Source: Asterionella formosa
Lineage: Eukaryota
NCBI GenBank assembly: GCA_002256025.1
Contig: NKIB01013186.1
Coordinates: 1-62,889, forward strand
Direction of reading: 5' to 3'
DNA length: 62,889 bases
Below the pieces are notes generated by a model that ran no database searches, had not been told where the DNA came from, and saw nothing but the letters and a program-made list of their open reading frames with translations. Both the position numbers and the translations under genes were made by a program. Of the stretch, positions 30,868 to 43,662 are shown piece by piece (position 1 is the first letter of the stretch; the number at the start of each line of letters is the position of its first letter).

Positions 30868-31227
30868 ATGATTAAATTAAATTGTGAAAAAACTATCCAT
30901 AAGATAGAAAATAAATTTATTAAAGAAAATCTTCCAATAATAAAGATTGGTGATAGTGTAAAAATTGGTGTAAAAATTATTGAGGGTACTAAAGAACGTG
31001 TTCAATTTTATGAAGGCACTATTATTGCAAAAAAAAATAGTTCTATTAATACAACAATTACTGTTAGAAAAATTTTCCAAGGCATTGGAATCGAAAGGAT
31101 TTTTTTAATCCATTCCCCCAAAATTGCTTCAATTGGTTTGTTAAGATCATCAAAAGTTAGACGATCAAAACTTTATTATTTACGTGAATTAAAAGGTAAA
31201 GCCAGTCGTTTAAAACAATCTTTCTAA
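30868..31227 (+). CDS. rpl19: 50S ribosomal protein L19
   Basis: KERVQFYEG, GIERIF, KVRRSKLYYLR. Confidence 0.98.
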   Translation: MIKLNCEKTIHKIENKFIKENLPIIKIGDSVKIGVKIIEGTKERVQFYEGTIIAKKNSSINTTITVRKIFQGIGIERIFLIHSPKIASIGLLRSSKVRRSKLYYLRELKGKASRLKQSF

Positions 31228-31344
31228 AATTAAAAAAAAAATTATTAGTATTCAGTTTAGGTAGTATAATGATAGCTAGTAAAGTAAGACTAGAAAATTA
31301 TATTACCGAATTTTACTTTATGATTATTTATAACAAGGAGTTAT

Positions 31345-31644
31345 ATGGTTACTTACAAACTTTCATTAATTAGTGAAGAGCATGATATTAACACAACAAT
31401 TGATTGTGACGATGACGTATTTATTTTAGATGCTGCAGAAGACCAAGGTATTGAATTACCATACTCATGCCGTGCTGGTGCTTGTTCAACTTGTGCTGGT
31501 AAAGTTATTTCAGGTACGGTTGATCAATCTGAACAAACGTTTTTAGATGATGATCAAGTTGAAGCAGGTTTTGTTTTAACTTGTATTGCTTATCCAAAAT
31601 CAGATTGTAAAATTGCTGTTCATCAAGAAGAAGAATTATACTAA
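31345..31644 (+). CDS. petF: 2Fe-2S ferredoxin
   Basis: [16 protein letters not shown]...VLTC. Confidence 0.99.
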   Translation: MVTYKLSLISEEHDINTTIDCDDDVFILDAAEDQGIELPYSCRAGACSTCAGKVISGTVDQSEQTFLDDDQVEAGFVLTCIAYPKSDCKIAVHQEEELY

Positions 31645-31702
31645 TGATTTATTTAAAAAAGTCACAATACTAGTATTGTGACTTTTTTAAATAAATCATT
31701 AG
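31641..31702. terminator. Perfect 62-bp palindrome forming the whole petF/petA spacer
   Basis: 31-bp arms centred on CT|AG (31671/31672); includes both stop codons. Confidence 0.85.
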
Positions 31703-32643
31703 AAATTTAATTCAGCTGCTTGTACTTTTTCAAATTGTTTTTTCTTTAAAATTAAAAGAACTTGAGTTAGTAAAGCACAGAAACAGAATGCCAAATAACC
31801 AACAATTCTTAATGGGTCTTGTAATACAATTTCTTTTTCTTCTTGACCGAATCCGCCAACATTTGGATCTAAATTTAATGATTGTTCTGTTTTAACAATA
31901 TCACCAACTTTTACAATTAAATTTAATCCTGCAGGAATTGCTTGAGATGTTTTTGTTCCATTTACATTAACAATTATAACATTTGAATCACCTTTTTCTG
32001 AAATATTAATTTCAGAGATTTGGCCTGTTTGAATCGCTCCAAAAACATTCATATTACTTTTTTCACCTGTTGGATATACTTGACCACGACCTCTATTACC
32101 CCCAGCATAAAAAGGATAAGTTAAATATTTAATATTTGAATCTTTTTCAGGGTCTGGTGATACAACTGGAAATATTAATTTTTGATGTGTTTTACCGGCA
32201 ATTGGTCCAACAACTAAAATGTTATCAAATTCAGTACTATAAGGTGAAATAAAAACACCTTTATTTTTTGCTTTAATTTCTTCTGAAATTTGATTTTTTG
32301 AAGCTAATTTAAATCCTTTTGGTAAAATTAAAATTCCACCGACGTTTAAGTCAGCTTGTTTTCCATTAGCACCAACTTGTTGTTTTGTAGTATCATAAGG
32401 AACTTTAATCTCTACTTCAAATACTGAGTTTGGAAGAACTGCTTGGGGAGACTCTACCTCAATTGCTTTTTGATTTAAATGACAATTTGCACAGGCTAAT
32501 TTACCATTTGCTGCGCGAGGATTGGAATAATTCTGTTGTGCAAAAACTGGATATGCATCTGATTTTTCAACAGAAAATCCAAATATATTTACAGCAAGTG
32601 CTAAAGTGAAAAAAAGACTTTTAAAAAACTTGTTAATTGCCAT
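31699..32643 (-). CDS. petA: Apocytochrome f
   Basis: [29 protein letters not shown]. Confidence 0.99.
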   Translation of the reverse strand: MAINKFFKSLFFTLALAVNIFGFSVEKSDAYPVFAQQNYSNPRAANGKLACANCHLNQKAIEVESPQAVLPNSVFEVEIKVPYDTTKQQVGANGKQADLNVGGILILPKGFKLASKNQISEEIKAKNKGVFISPYSTEFDNILVVGPIAGKTHQKLIFPVVSPDPEKDSNIKYLTYPFYAGGNRGRGQVYPTGEKSNMNVFGAIQTGQISEINISEKGDSNVIIVNVNGTKTSQAIPAGLNLIVKVGDIVKTEQSLNLDPNVGGFGQEEKEIVLQDPLRIVGYLAFCFCALLTQVLLILKKKQFEKVQAAELNF

Positions 32644-32683
32644 GGAGTAAATACTTTTTAAATATGGATAGTTAATGAATAAA

Positions 32684-33424
32684 TTACTTTTTTATTAAAA
32701 ACAAGATACCTAATCCAGTAAAATAAAGTACCAATATTGCTAAAGATAATAGTATTTGTGTTAATGGATCAGTTGAAGGAGTTAAAATTGCTCCAAGAAT
32801 TGTTGCAACAAGTACTATATATCGCCATGCACCCAACATTTGATTTGCCGATACAATATTTAATAAACCTACTAAAATTTGAATAATTGGAATTTGAAAA
32901 GCGATTCCTGTACTATAAAAAAGTACTAAAATAAATTCAAAATATTGATCAAATGACCAAAAAGGCTCAATAACTTCTTCACTATAAGTTAAAAAGAAAT
33001 TAAGCGCTGCTGGAACCAAAGTATAATATGAGAATGTTAATCCTAACCCAAATAATAGTAATGAACTAAGTAATAATGGTAAAATAATTTTTGTTTCTTT
33101 TTTTGTTAAACCAGGTAATAAAAATAATATTAACTGTCCTATCACAAAAGGACTTGTAAAAAGTAGTCCTGTATAGAATGAAATTTTTAAAGTTGAAATA
33201 AAATATTCACCAGGTGCAGTTTGAAAAAATTTTACATTACTAATTGGAAGTTCTAAAATTTTAACTATAATTTTAACTTCAAGAAATGCTATAGATGTTA
33301 ACAATAAAATTATCCAGAATAAAAGAAAAAGACGTTGCCTCAATTCTTCAATATGTTCGGAAAAAGGCAATTCTAATGTTATACTGGTATTATTTGTAAA
33401 ATTAAAATTAGAATTAGTCACCAT
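32684..33424 (-). CDS. tatC: Tat translocase TatC
   Basis: [25 protein letters not shown]. Confidence 0.97.
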   Translation of the reverse strand: MVTNSNFNFTNNTSITLELPFSEHIEELRQRLFLLFWIILLLTSIAFLEVKIIVKILELPISNVKFFQTAPGEYFISTLKISFYTGLLFTSPFVIGQLILFLLPGLTKKETKIILPLLLSSLLLFGLGLTFSYYTLVPAALNFFLTYSEEVIEPFWSFDQYFEFILVLFYSTGIAFQIPIIQILVGLLNIVSANQMLGAWRYIVLVATILGAILTPSTDPLTQILLSLAILVLYFTGLGILFLIKK

Positions 33425-33618
33425 AACTTACGATTAAATATTTTTCCAGAGGTAGATTATTTTTAAGTAAGAGAAAAATAATACTATTCATTAAATTTTA
33501 AAATTAAAAATAAATGATTTCGAAATCATTTATTTTTTAATTTTTTTTATAAGTCCTAGAGTAATTTAAGTGTCTAATATTCCTAAATTAAATAAACTAA
33601 TGTTTAATATAATCTTAA

Positions 33619-34020
33619 TTATGACAGATAATTAATAGCCTCTAAACGAGCACTAGCTTTTTTTAATTCAACAGAAGCATCTAGTCGATCTTTGCTTGTT
33701 TCAGCTTCTTCAATAGCTAATGTTGCTTTTTCAACCTCTTTAGTAGCTCTACTTAATTCCACTTCACTAAGTTCCTCTACATCATTAACTAAAACTGTAA
33801 CGCGGTTTCTATCAATTTCTGCAAGACCGCCACATAAAATAATAGGTGTCCATTTTTCATTTAACTTTATTCTTAGTAAACCTGTATCTAAAGCTGTTAT
33901 TAATGAAGCATGACCATCTAATACCCCTACTTGACCCGTTAAACCTGGTAATACAACTTCGTCAGCTGTTGTTGAACAAATAACTCTGTCTGGGGTAAGA
34001 ACTCGAATGTTCATAACCAT
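33619..34020 (-). CDS. atpE: ATP synthase CF1 epsilon
   Basis: IRVLTPDR, GQVGVLDGHA. Confidence 0.98.
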   Translation of the reverse strand: MVMNIRVLTPDRVICSTTADEVVLPGLTGQVGVLDGHASLITALDTGLLRIKLNEKWTPIILCGGLAEIDRNRVTVLVNDVEELSEVELSRATKEVEKATLAIEEAETSKDRLDASVELKKASARLEAINYLS

Positions 34021-34034
34021 ATCTAAATTATTCC

Positions 34035-35468
<1,434 letters not shown>

Positions 35469-35646
35469 TTAACATATTAGACTATCCGAGAATAAAAACA
35501 CTTTCGTCAGTTAATGTAGAATTTAAAACAGTAATAAATTTGAAATTTAATAACTAAAAATCATTGTATAACAAACTTTCTTGAATTATTGAATATAATT
35601 CTCAGCTAATTCTTGTTTTTATACTTTTAAAATAGTACTAAAAAAA

Positions 35647-36153
35647 TTAATTTATCTCCTCAAGTCGACCTGTTACTTTTAACCAATTCCTAGCTCCTGG
35701 GTAATTATCTGGAGCTAATTTTAAAGCTTGACGCCAATATTCTGCTGCTTTATCGAATAATTCTTTCGATAATTCAAAGTATTCGTCGTCATTGTAAGTT
35801 TGAGCACGTAAAGCTTGTGAGTGATAAATTACCCCAATATTATTTAACGCTTGAGGAAGATTTGAATTTAATGCAAGAGCTTGATGATAAAACTCTAGGG
35901 CTTGGCTATACTTCCCATTATTTCCATAAATTAATCCAATATTATACAAAGTATAACTTCGGTCATATGGATCTTCTTCAACTTGAAGAGCTTCATAATA
36001 ATTTTCTAAAGCCTCAGCATATCGACCTCGTGATTGTGCAGCCATACCAGCTCTATAATAAGAAAAAGCTTGTTTCTCTTGTTTACTAGCCGGTAAAATT
36101 TTTAAAAGAATATCTGCAATTACCGTAAATGTTTTATCAATAAAATTCCCCAT
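35647..36153 (-). CDS. ycf3: Photosystem I assembly TPR protein Ycf3 (start at ATG 36153 preferred)
   Basis: [38 protein letters not shown] Shine-Dalgarno before 36153. Confidence 0.96.
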   Translation of the reverse strand: MGNFIDKTFTVIADILLKILPASKQEKQAFSYYRAGMAAQSRGRYAEALENYYEALQVEEDPYDRSYTLYNIGLIYGNNGKYSQALEFYHQALALNSNLPQALNNIGVIYHSQALRAQTYNDDEYFELSKELFDKAAEYWRQALKLAPDNYPGARNWLKVTGRLEEIN

Positions 36154-36305
36154 CTTTAAACCTCCTCTTTTATTTATTTTAATTATTAACTTTGAAAGGT
36201 TTCTAAGTCTTGACATATTTTAAAGTTAATTGTTATTTATTTTATAATACATTATACTTAATTAATATAATTAAGTATAGTATTTATAAGTTAGATATAA
36301 TTTTA

Positions 36306-36524
36306 TTAATCAGAATTCGAGGCAACAAAAGGTAATAAAGATAAAATTCGAGCACGTTTAATTGCTTTTGCTAATTTACGCTGTTGTTGTACTGTAACCC
36401 CTGTGGCACGTCTTGGAAGAATTTTACCTTGTTCTGTTAAAAATAAACTTAACAAATCAATATCTTTGTAATCGATTTTTTGATTTAAGCTAATAGGAGA
36501 CATTTTTTGTTTTTTTACTACCAT
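36306..36524 (-). CDS. rps18: 30S ribosomal protein S18
   Basis: IDYKDIDLL...[10 protein letters not shown]...[12 protein letters not shown]. Confidence 0.98.
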   Translation of the reverse strand: MVVKKQKMSPISLNQKIDYKDIDLLSLFLTEQGKILPRRATGVTVQQQRKLAKAIKRARILSLLPFVASNSD

Positions 36525-36530
36525 ATTTTT

Positions 36531-36725
36531 TTATTTTATCTCTTTATGTATCGTTGTTTTGTTACAGTGCGGACAATACTTTTTTAGTTCTAATCGTTCA
36601 GGATTATTTCTTCTATTTTTTTGAGTTAAATAACGAGAGACTCCTGCTGAACGCTTATTGATATTTGAACGGCATTCAGTACATTCTAAAGTAATTAAAA
36701 TTCTTGTTCCTTTATTTTTTGCCAT
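36531..36725 (-). CDS. rpl33: 50S ribosomal protein L33
   Basis: [18 protein letters not shown]...[10 protein letters not shown]. Confidence 0.97.
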   Translation of the reverse strand: MAKNKGTRILITLECTECRSNINKRSAGVSRYLTQKNRRNNPERLELKKYCPHCNKTTIHKEIK

Positions 36726-36896
36726 ATAAAATTTTTTTAATATTTTTACATACACTATATTGCATAAAAATTTTTATCTTATCAAGGTATTAATCAAATA
36801 AAAATTTTTAGATCAAAAACTTCCAATTTTTTGATAAGTGTATTATATTGTTTTAAACATTAACTTCTATATACATAATAAATTGAAATTAATACT

Positions 36897-37181
36897 ATGG
36901 CTAATAATAAATCTGCTGAAAAACGAATAGAGATTACTAAAAGAAATCGTTTACAAAACCGTTTTTATAAAAGTTCTGTTAAAACTTTAATTAAAGTTTT
37001 TTTAAAGGATTTAGAAAGTTATAAACTATCTCAAGATTTAAAAGATAAAGAAAAAGTACAAAAAATACTTAGTTCCGTTTATAGTTTAATTGATAAAGGT
37101 TCGAAAAAAAGTGTTTTTCATAAGAATACTGCAGCTAGAAAAAAATCCCAATTATCTGGTTATTTAAAATCTGCAGAATAG
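36897..37181 (+). CDS. rps20: 30S ribosomal protein S20
   Basis: MANNKSAEKR...HKNTAARKKS. Confidence 0.97.
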   Translation: MANNKSAEKRIEITKRNRLQNRFYKSSVKTLIKVFLKDLESYKLSQDLKDKEKVQKILSSVYSLIDKGSKKSVFHKNTAARKKSQLSGYLKSAE

Positions 37182-37309
37182 TGAATTCTTAATTAGAAAA
37201 CTGAAAAATTTTGTTATATATTCTTGTTAAGAAAATTAAAAATTTTCTTAACCTTTTAAAAACAAATTGTTCCTAAATGTATTTATTTTAATTAATTAGA
37301 ACAAAGATT

Positions 37310-40300
37310 ATGGAAAATAATATTAACTATATAACAAATCTCCCTGATTTTATTACGATGCAACGAACTAGTTTTTGTTGGTTCATTACTCAGGGCTTAA
37401 CGGATGAATTAAGCCTATTCTCTCGAATCTATGATTTTAGTCAAAACACAGAATATATTTTATTTGGAGAAGAGTATAGTTTAATTAAACCTCCATGTAG
37501 TTTAGTTATTGCTAGAAAATATAATGGAAATTATCGTGCTCAATTAATTATCCCTATTGAGGTTCGAAATAAAAAAATAAATGTTATTCGTTATCATAAC
37601 AAATTACCCATTATAACATTACCTTTAATGACAACAAGTGCCACATTTATTTTAAATGGTTGTGAGCGTTTAATTGTGAGTCAAATTATTCGTAGTCCTG
37701 GCGTTTATTTTGAACGTAATAAAAATCAAAAAAAGCAGCGTCAATTTAAAAGAAAATTGTCAACAGACATTGGTAAATTACGTTCTTTTTTACCTTCTGG
37801 AGAAGCTTGTATTTCGGATTCCTATCTTTTCTTTCCAATTCCTGTTTTACACACTTATATCGTAAAAGGGATAATAAAAACGAAAACAATACCTTATTGG
37901 ACGCGTAATTCTTTATTTTCTTATTCAATTAAATTTTTAAAACAAAAAGAAAAGCACACTAATTTTCAGTTTTTAAAAGCATTTAAGCTTTATAGAAAAA
38001 TCGTCAATACTTTTGAGAGTACTGATAAAATCAAAATGATCCAACTTTTTATTAAATGGTTAAAAATACAAAATCGATTATTTAGTTTTCAAAATAATTT
38101 TAAAGTCTCTTATGTAATAAATTATTTTAATTTATTGTTAAGATTTTTAATTCAATACGAAACTATTAAAAAAAGTTCTCAAGAAAAGATTAACCTTAGT
38201 AGAATTTTTAAAAATACTTATCGCCAAACCATTTTACAAGATTATTTTAAAAAAATTTTAGATGATTTAGTTAGTAATACCAATAATCAAAAAGTATTAA
38301 AAATTTATACGAAAGTTTTAGTAAATCTTCAAATAATAGCACATATTGAATTAAACAAAGATTTGCTTTTAATCGTAACTGAATCTTTTAATTGGTTAGA
38401 TGAACTACATGATTTTCATTTCTTAAAACAAACAGCTCGACAATTAAACAATCAAATTAAAGAAGCAATATTATTATCTAATTCAATTGACCTTAAACCA
38501 CATATTTATTTTTCAAATAGTTTAAAAGATCAATTAAAATATGAATTGGGAGGAAAAGTTTTAAAAAAAGGGATATTAGTAAATGAACCATTTCCTGCCC
38601 TTCCAACTGCCCATAAATATATAAAGTCAAGAACTCGTCTTTTATTGTTTAATGAAGATCATGAAATTAAAAATCATTATCATAAAAAATATGATGAAAA
38701 AGATCTATACACAGTTACAGTAATACCTGAATATGGATCATGGATTCGTTTTGGGTTTCAAAAAAATACAAAAATTAATCAATATAAATACCCCTTAAAA
38801 CAGCAAGAAGAAGATGTTACTATTCAATTAGATAAAATTAATCAAAAACCCGTTCTATTTTTATTAAAGGAAATGGGTTTAAGTGATTTTGAAATTTATC
38901 GAAACTTAGAACATGCTGATTTTTTTTATTTTAATCGGCCTTTATTGATAAATTCAATTCATTTTAACCAGCCGCTTCTTCGTTTTAATTTAAATCCAAA
39001 TTATTTAAACAACATTTCTGAATTTTCGAGAATTTTTGATTCTGAATATTATAGACTAGGAAAAATTGGAAGGCTACAAATTAATAAAAGATTAAACTTA
39101 CAACTTAATCAAAATTTACAGACAATAACTTATGATGACATTTTTGCAATTGTTGACAAACTATTAACATTAACAATTTCTAAAACAGTTCCAGATGATA
39201 TAGATCATTTAAAAAACAGACGTGTTAGATCAGTAGGAGAATTATTACAAAATTTATTCAGAATTGGTTTTCAAAGATTAGTTCGGAAATTAAAGAATCA
39301 AACAAATAAAGTTGAGTCAAATTATTTGCTAAGTTTTAATATCGTTAATGCAACAGTTAAAGAATTTTTTGGCTCTAGTCAATTATCTCAATACTTAGAT
39401 CAAACTAATCCTTTATCTTCATTAACTCATCGTCGTCGTATTAGTGGTTTAGGTCCAGGAGGCTTTGATCGAGATCGAATTAGTTTTGCTGTTCGTGATA
39501 TTCATCCAAGCCATTATGGAAGAATTTGTCCAATTGAAACACCCGAAGGACAAAACGTTGGATTAATAGCTTCATTAACAACTTGTGCCCGCGTAAATAA
39601 ATCAGGATTTTTAGAGACCCCTTTTTGGCGTGTTATAAATGGTAAAGTACTTAAAACAGGAAAACCTATTTATTTAACTGCTGATATTGAAGATTTATAT
39701 AATATTGCACCAGCGGATATTTCAATCAATGAGGATAATTATTTAACAAAAAACGTTATCCCAGTCAGATACAATCAGGATTTTATGAATATAGAACCAT
39801 CAAATGTTGATTTTATTGCTATTTCTCCTGTTCAAGTTGTTTCAGTCGCAGCTTCATTAATTCCATTTTTTGAACATGATGATGCAAACCGTGCATTAAT
39901 GGGTTCAAATATGCAACGTCAATCTGTACCCTTACTATTACCTCAAAAACCAATTGTTGGTACTGGTTTAGAAAACCAAATTGCAGTTGATTCAGGTATG
40001 ACAATTAATGCTAAAAGTTCCGGAATCGTTGATTCAGTAACTGCAAATAAAATTATTATTAAAAACTTTTCAGGCCAAAAAATAAATTATAAATTACAAA
40101 AATATTTACGTTCAAATCAACAAACTTGTATAAACCATCGACCAATTATTTGGAAAGGTGAAAAAATTAAATCAGGTCAAAGTTTAACAGATGGTCCAAG
40201 TATCTGTACAAATGAATTAGCTCTTGGTCAGAATGTTTTAGTTGGTTATATGCCATGGCAAGGGTATAATTTCGAAGATGCAATATTAATAAATGAAAGA

Positions 40301-41551
40301 TTAGTTTACGACGATATTTTTACTTCAATTCATATTGAAAGATATAAAATCGAAATTGATAGAAGTTCAGAATTATCAGAGCAAACCACAAAAAATATAC
40401 CTAATTTAAATTTATCTGAAATTGATCACTTAAATGAAGATGGTATTGTAAGAGTCGGTACATTTATTAAACCAGGTGATATTCTAGTAGGTAAAGTTAT
40501 ATTAAATGATACATCTGAACAATTACCAGAATCAAGATTATTAAGAGCAATTTTTGGTGCAAAAGCAAAAGGTGTAAAAGATAATTCATATAGAATGCCA
40601 GATGGTGAATATGGTCGTGTTATTGAAACTATTACATTTAATAGACGAACAAAACTGACTTATAAGTTTGAAAAAATTTATGTTTTTATAGCACAAATTC
40701 GTAAAATACAAGTGGGTGATAAGATTGCTGGTCGTCATGGGAATAAAGGTATTATCTCTAGAATTTTACCAAGGCAAGATATGCCATTTTTACCTGATGG
40801 AACTCCAATTGATATTATTTTAAATCCTTTAGGCGTTCCTTCTCGTATGAATGTGGGTCAATTGTATGAATGTTTATTAGGTCTAGCAGGTGATAAGTTA
40901 AATTGTCGCTTTAAAATTTTACCTTTTGATGAAATGTATGGATTAGAAATGTCTAGAATATTAATTAATAAAAAACTTCGTCAAGCTTCAATTGTAAATG
41001 ATGAAAGTTGGTTATTTAATCCTTATGCTCCAGGTAAAATGGTTTTAATTGACGGTCGTACTGGACAAGAATTTGAAAATCCAATTACAGTAGGTAAGGC
41101 GTATATGTTAAAATTGATTCATTTAGTTGATGATAAAATGCATTCACGTGCCACTGGTCCATATTCTTTAATTACTCAACAACCCTTAAGAGGAAAAGCA
41201 CAGCAGGGTGGTCAACGATTTGGAGAAATGGAGGTTTGGGCATTAGAAGGATTTGGTGCTGCTTTTACGTTAAAAGAACTATTAACAATAAAATCTGATG
41301 ATATGCAAGGACGAAATGAAACCTTAAATGCAATAGTAAAAGGCCAGCAAATCCCAAAATTTGGAATCCCAGAATCATTTAAAGTTTTATTACAAGAGTT
41401 AAGGGCAATTGGATTAGATATGAGTACTTATAGAATTGATAAATTTAGTTCCCATAAAAATTATGAAATTGAAGTAAATTTAATTGAGAAATATAACGCT
41501 TTCTCAAAAACTTTTTCACCAACTTCAAATACTAATGATATAGCTTTTTAA
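37310..41551 (+). CDS. rpoB: RNA polymerase beta
   Basis: [39 protein letters not shown]. Confidence 0.98.
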   Translation: MENNINYITNLPDFITMQRTSFCWFITQGLTDELSLFSRIYDFSQNTEYILFGEEYSLIKPPCSLVIARKYNGNYRAQLIIPIEVRNKKINVIRYHNKLPIITLPLMTTSATFILNGCERLIVSQIIRSPGVYFERNKNQKKQRQFKRKLSTDIGKLRSFLPSGEACISDSYLFFPIPVLHTYIVKGIIKTKTIPYWTRNSLFSYSIKFLKQKEKHTNFQFLKAFKLYRKIVNTFESTDKIKMIQLFIKWLKIQNRLFSFQNNFKVSYVINYFNLLLRFLIQYETIKKSSQEKINLSRIFKNTYRQTILQDYFKKILDDLVSNTNNQKVLKIYTKVLVNLQIIAHIELNKDLLLIVTESFNWLDELHDFHFLKQTARQLNNQIKEAILLSNSIDLKPHIYFSNSLKDQLKYELGGKVLKKGILVNEPFPALPTAHKYIKSRTRLLLFNEDHEIKNHYHKKYDEKDLYTVTVIPEYGSWIRFGFQKNTKINQYKYPLKQQEEDVTIQLDKINQKPVLFLLKEMGLSDFEIYRNLEHADFFYFNRPLLINSIHFNQPLLRFNLNPNYLNNISEFSRIFDSEYYRLGKIGRLQINKRLNLQLNQNLQTITYDDIFAIVDKLLTLTISKTVPDDIDHLKNRRVRSVGELLQNLFRIGFQRLVRKLKNQTNKVESNYLLSFNIVNATVKEFFGSSQLSQYLDQTNPLSSLTHRRRISGLGPGGFDRDRISFAVRDIHPSHYGRICPIETPEGQNVGLIASLTTCARVNKSGFLETPFWRVINGKVLKTGKPIYLTADIEDLYNIAPADISINEDNYLTKNVIPVRYNQDFMNIEPSNVDFIAISPVQVVSVAASLIPFFEHDDANRALMGSNMQRQSVPLLLPQKPIVGTGLENQIAVDSGMTINAKSSGIVDSVTANKIIIKNFSGQKINYKLQKYLRSNQQTCINHRPIIWKGEKIKSGQSLTDGPSICTNELALGQNVLVGYMPWQGYNFEDAILINERLVYDDIFTSIHIERYKIEIDRSSELSEQTTKNIPNLNLSEIDHLNEDGIVRVGTFIKPGDILVGKVILNDTSEQLPESRLLRAIFGAKAKGVKDNSYRMPDGEYGRVIETITFNRRTKLTYKFEKIYVFIAQIRKIQVGDKIAGRHGNKGIISRILPRQDMPFLPDGTPIDIILNPLGVPSRMNVGQLYECLLGLAGDKLNCRFKILPFDEMYGLEMSRILINKKLRQASIVNDESWLFNPYAPGKMVLIDGRTGQEFENPITVGKAYMLKLIHLVDDKMHSRATGPYSLITQQPLRGKAQQGGQRFGEMEVWALEGFGAAFTLKELLTIKSDDMQGRNETLNAIVKGQQIPKFGIPESFKVLLQELRAIGLDMSTYRIDKFSSHKNYEIEVNLIEKYNAFSKTFSPTSNTNDIAF

Positions 41552-41558
41552 AACGAAA

Positions 41559-43649
41559 ATGATACAAGTTAAAAAAGAATTTGATTATATAAAAATAAAA
41601 TTAGCTTCTCCTTTTCGAATTTTACAATGGGCCAATAGAAAATTACCCAATGGTCAGTTTGTAGGTGAAGTTCAAAAATCTGAAACCATTAACTATCGAA
41701 CATTTAAACCAGAAATGGATGGTTTGTTTTGTGAAAGGATTTTTGGTCCTAGTAAAAGCTTAGAATGTGCTTGCGGCAAATATAAACGTATTCGTTATGA
41801 AGGCCTTATTTGTGAACGATGTGGAGTTGAATTGACAGAGTCAAGAGTTCGACGTCATAGAATGGGGTATATTAATTTAATTTATCCAGTTACTCATGTT
41901 TGGTATATAAATAGTCGACCAAATTTTATGGCATTATTACTTGAAGTTGAAGATTGTGAAAAAACATTTAGTACGACTTATACATTGTACTCTGAAAAAT
42001 GTCAGAAATGTAAATCTCTCAAACCCACTACTTCAGTAATAGTTAATTTATGGGATGAAAGAATCAAACGTATTAAATTAGCCTCATTAGCATATTTTAT
42101 AGCAGAAGATGAAATTTCATTCTATGGTCTTCATTGGGACCTTCAGCAATATAGAAGAAGACGAGAAAAAGGTTGTAGTTATTATCCCCTTAAACCTGAT
42201 TCAAAACCTCTAAATCGTCGTTATAATACTCCTGCTTATTTATTAAGAGCAACGCCAAATTTTTTAATTGGAGCTCCATTAATTAAAAGAGAATTAGAAA
42301 GATTAGATCTTAAACTGGAAATCTCTAAAACTAGAACCTTTATTTCATATTGTACTGGAGTACTAGATAAAAAACCTGATCTTTATTCTTTTTCAAGATG
42401 GTTTAGAAAATGGGAACAACAGAGACTATATAAATTAAGAGAACAAGCAATTAAACGTATACGTATTCTTGAAAATTTAATTGGAACTGGTTCAAATCCC
42501 GCTTGGATGATTCTAGCAATTTTACCTATTTTACCACCAGCTTTAAGGCCGATGATACAATTAGAAGGTGGTCGATTTGCTACTTCAGACTTAAATGAAT
42601 TGTACCGACGAATTATTACTCGTAATAATAGACTTCTAAGACTTTTAGAGATTGATGCTCCTCAACTCATTATTCGTAATGAAAAACGAATGCTTCAAGA
42701 AGCTGTAGATACATTAATTGATAATGGTAAACGGGGAAAAATTGCTCTAAGTGCAAATAATAGACCATTAAAATCTCTCTCTGATATTATTAAAGGAAAA
42801 CATGGTCGTTTTCGTCAAAACCTTTTAGGAAAACGTGTGGATTATTCTGGTCGTTCAGTTATTGTGGTTGGTCCAAGTTTAAAATTAAATCAATGTGGTT
42901 TACCTTATGAAATGGCGATTGAATTATTTCAACCTTTTATTATTCGTGAACTTATAAATCAAGGTTTGGCTAGTAATATGAAAATTGCCAAAAATTTAAT
43001 TCAAGAAAATGAGGCGATTATTGATCCCGTTTTAGAAAAAGTTTTAACAAATCACCCAATTTTTTTAAATCGTGCACCAACATTACATCGTTTAGGAATT
43101 CAAGCATTTGAACCTATTATAATTCAAGGTAGAGCAATTAAGTTACACCCATTAGTTTGTTCAGCTTTTAATGCGGATTTTGATGGTGATCAAATGGCAG
43201 TTCATATTCCTTTGTCTCTTGAAGCACAAGCTGAATGTTATATGTTAATGTTAGCACCATATAATTTTTTATCTCCTGCAAACGGGGATCCTATTATTAT
43301 ACCAAGTCAAGATATTGTTTTAGGGTGTTACTATTTAACCGTAACAAATGTCCCAAACTTACTAGGAGCAAATCATTATTTTGCAAATCTGGAAGACGTA
43401 ATTTTAGCTTATAGTCAAAATAAATTAGAAATTCATAGTTCAATTTGGGTTCGGGCTTCTTATGATATGGATCAGAATTCAAATTTAATAAAACGAAAAG
43501 AACTAAAAGATAAAAGTTTTATTGAATATTATGAGAATTTACAGATTCGTAAAAATCAAAAAGGAGAAAAAATTGTCCAATATATTCAAACCACTACCGG
43601 TAGAGTAATTTTAAATTATACAATTCAAAAAACTTTAAATTTATTATAA
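41559..43649 (+). CDS. rpoC1: RNA polymerase beta' N-terminal part
   Basis: NADFDGD catalytic motif, zinc finger CACG...CERC. Confidence 0.98.
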   Translation: MIQVKKEFDYIKIKLASPFRILQWANRKLPNGQFVGEVQKSETINYRTFKPEMDGLFCERIFGPSKSLECACGKYKRIRYEGLICERCGVELTESRVRRHRMGYINLIYPVTHVWYINSRPNFMALLLEVEDCEKTFSTTYTLYSEKCQKCKSLKPTTSVIVNLWDERIKRIKLASLAYFIAEDEISFYGLHWDLQQYRRRREKGCSYYPLKPDSKPLNRRYNTPAYLLRATPNFLIGAPLIKRELERLDLKLEISKTRTFISYCTGVLDKKPDLYSFSRWFRKWEQQRLYKLREQAIKRIRILENLIGTGSNPAWMILAILPILPPALRPMIQLEGGRFATSDLNELYRRIITRNNRLLRLLEIDAPQLIIRNEKRMLQEAVDTLIDNGKRGKIALSANNRPLKSLSDIIKGKHGRFRQNLLGKRVDYSGRSVIVVGPSLKLNQCGLPYEMAIELFQPFIIRELINQGLASNMKIAKNLIQENEAIIDPVLEKVLTNHPIFLNRAPTLHRLGIQAFEPIIIQGRAIKLHPLVCSAFNADFDGDQMAVHIPLSLEAQAECYMLMLAPYNFLSPANGDPIIIPSQDIVLGCYYLTVTNVPNLLGANHYFANLEDVILAYSQNKLEIHSSIWVRASYDMDQNSNLIKRKELKDKSFIEYYENLQIRKNQKGEKIVQYIQTTTGRVILNYTIQKTLNLL

Positions 43650-43662
43650 CTCAAGTAAGTCT

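Noticed and set aside
37720..38700. Intein or intron in rpoB
   Set aside because: No C/S...HN-C/S/T splice junctions, no recognisable homing endonuclease or maturase motifs, and the frame is continuous.
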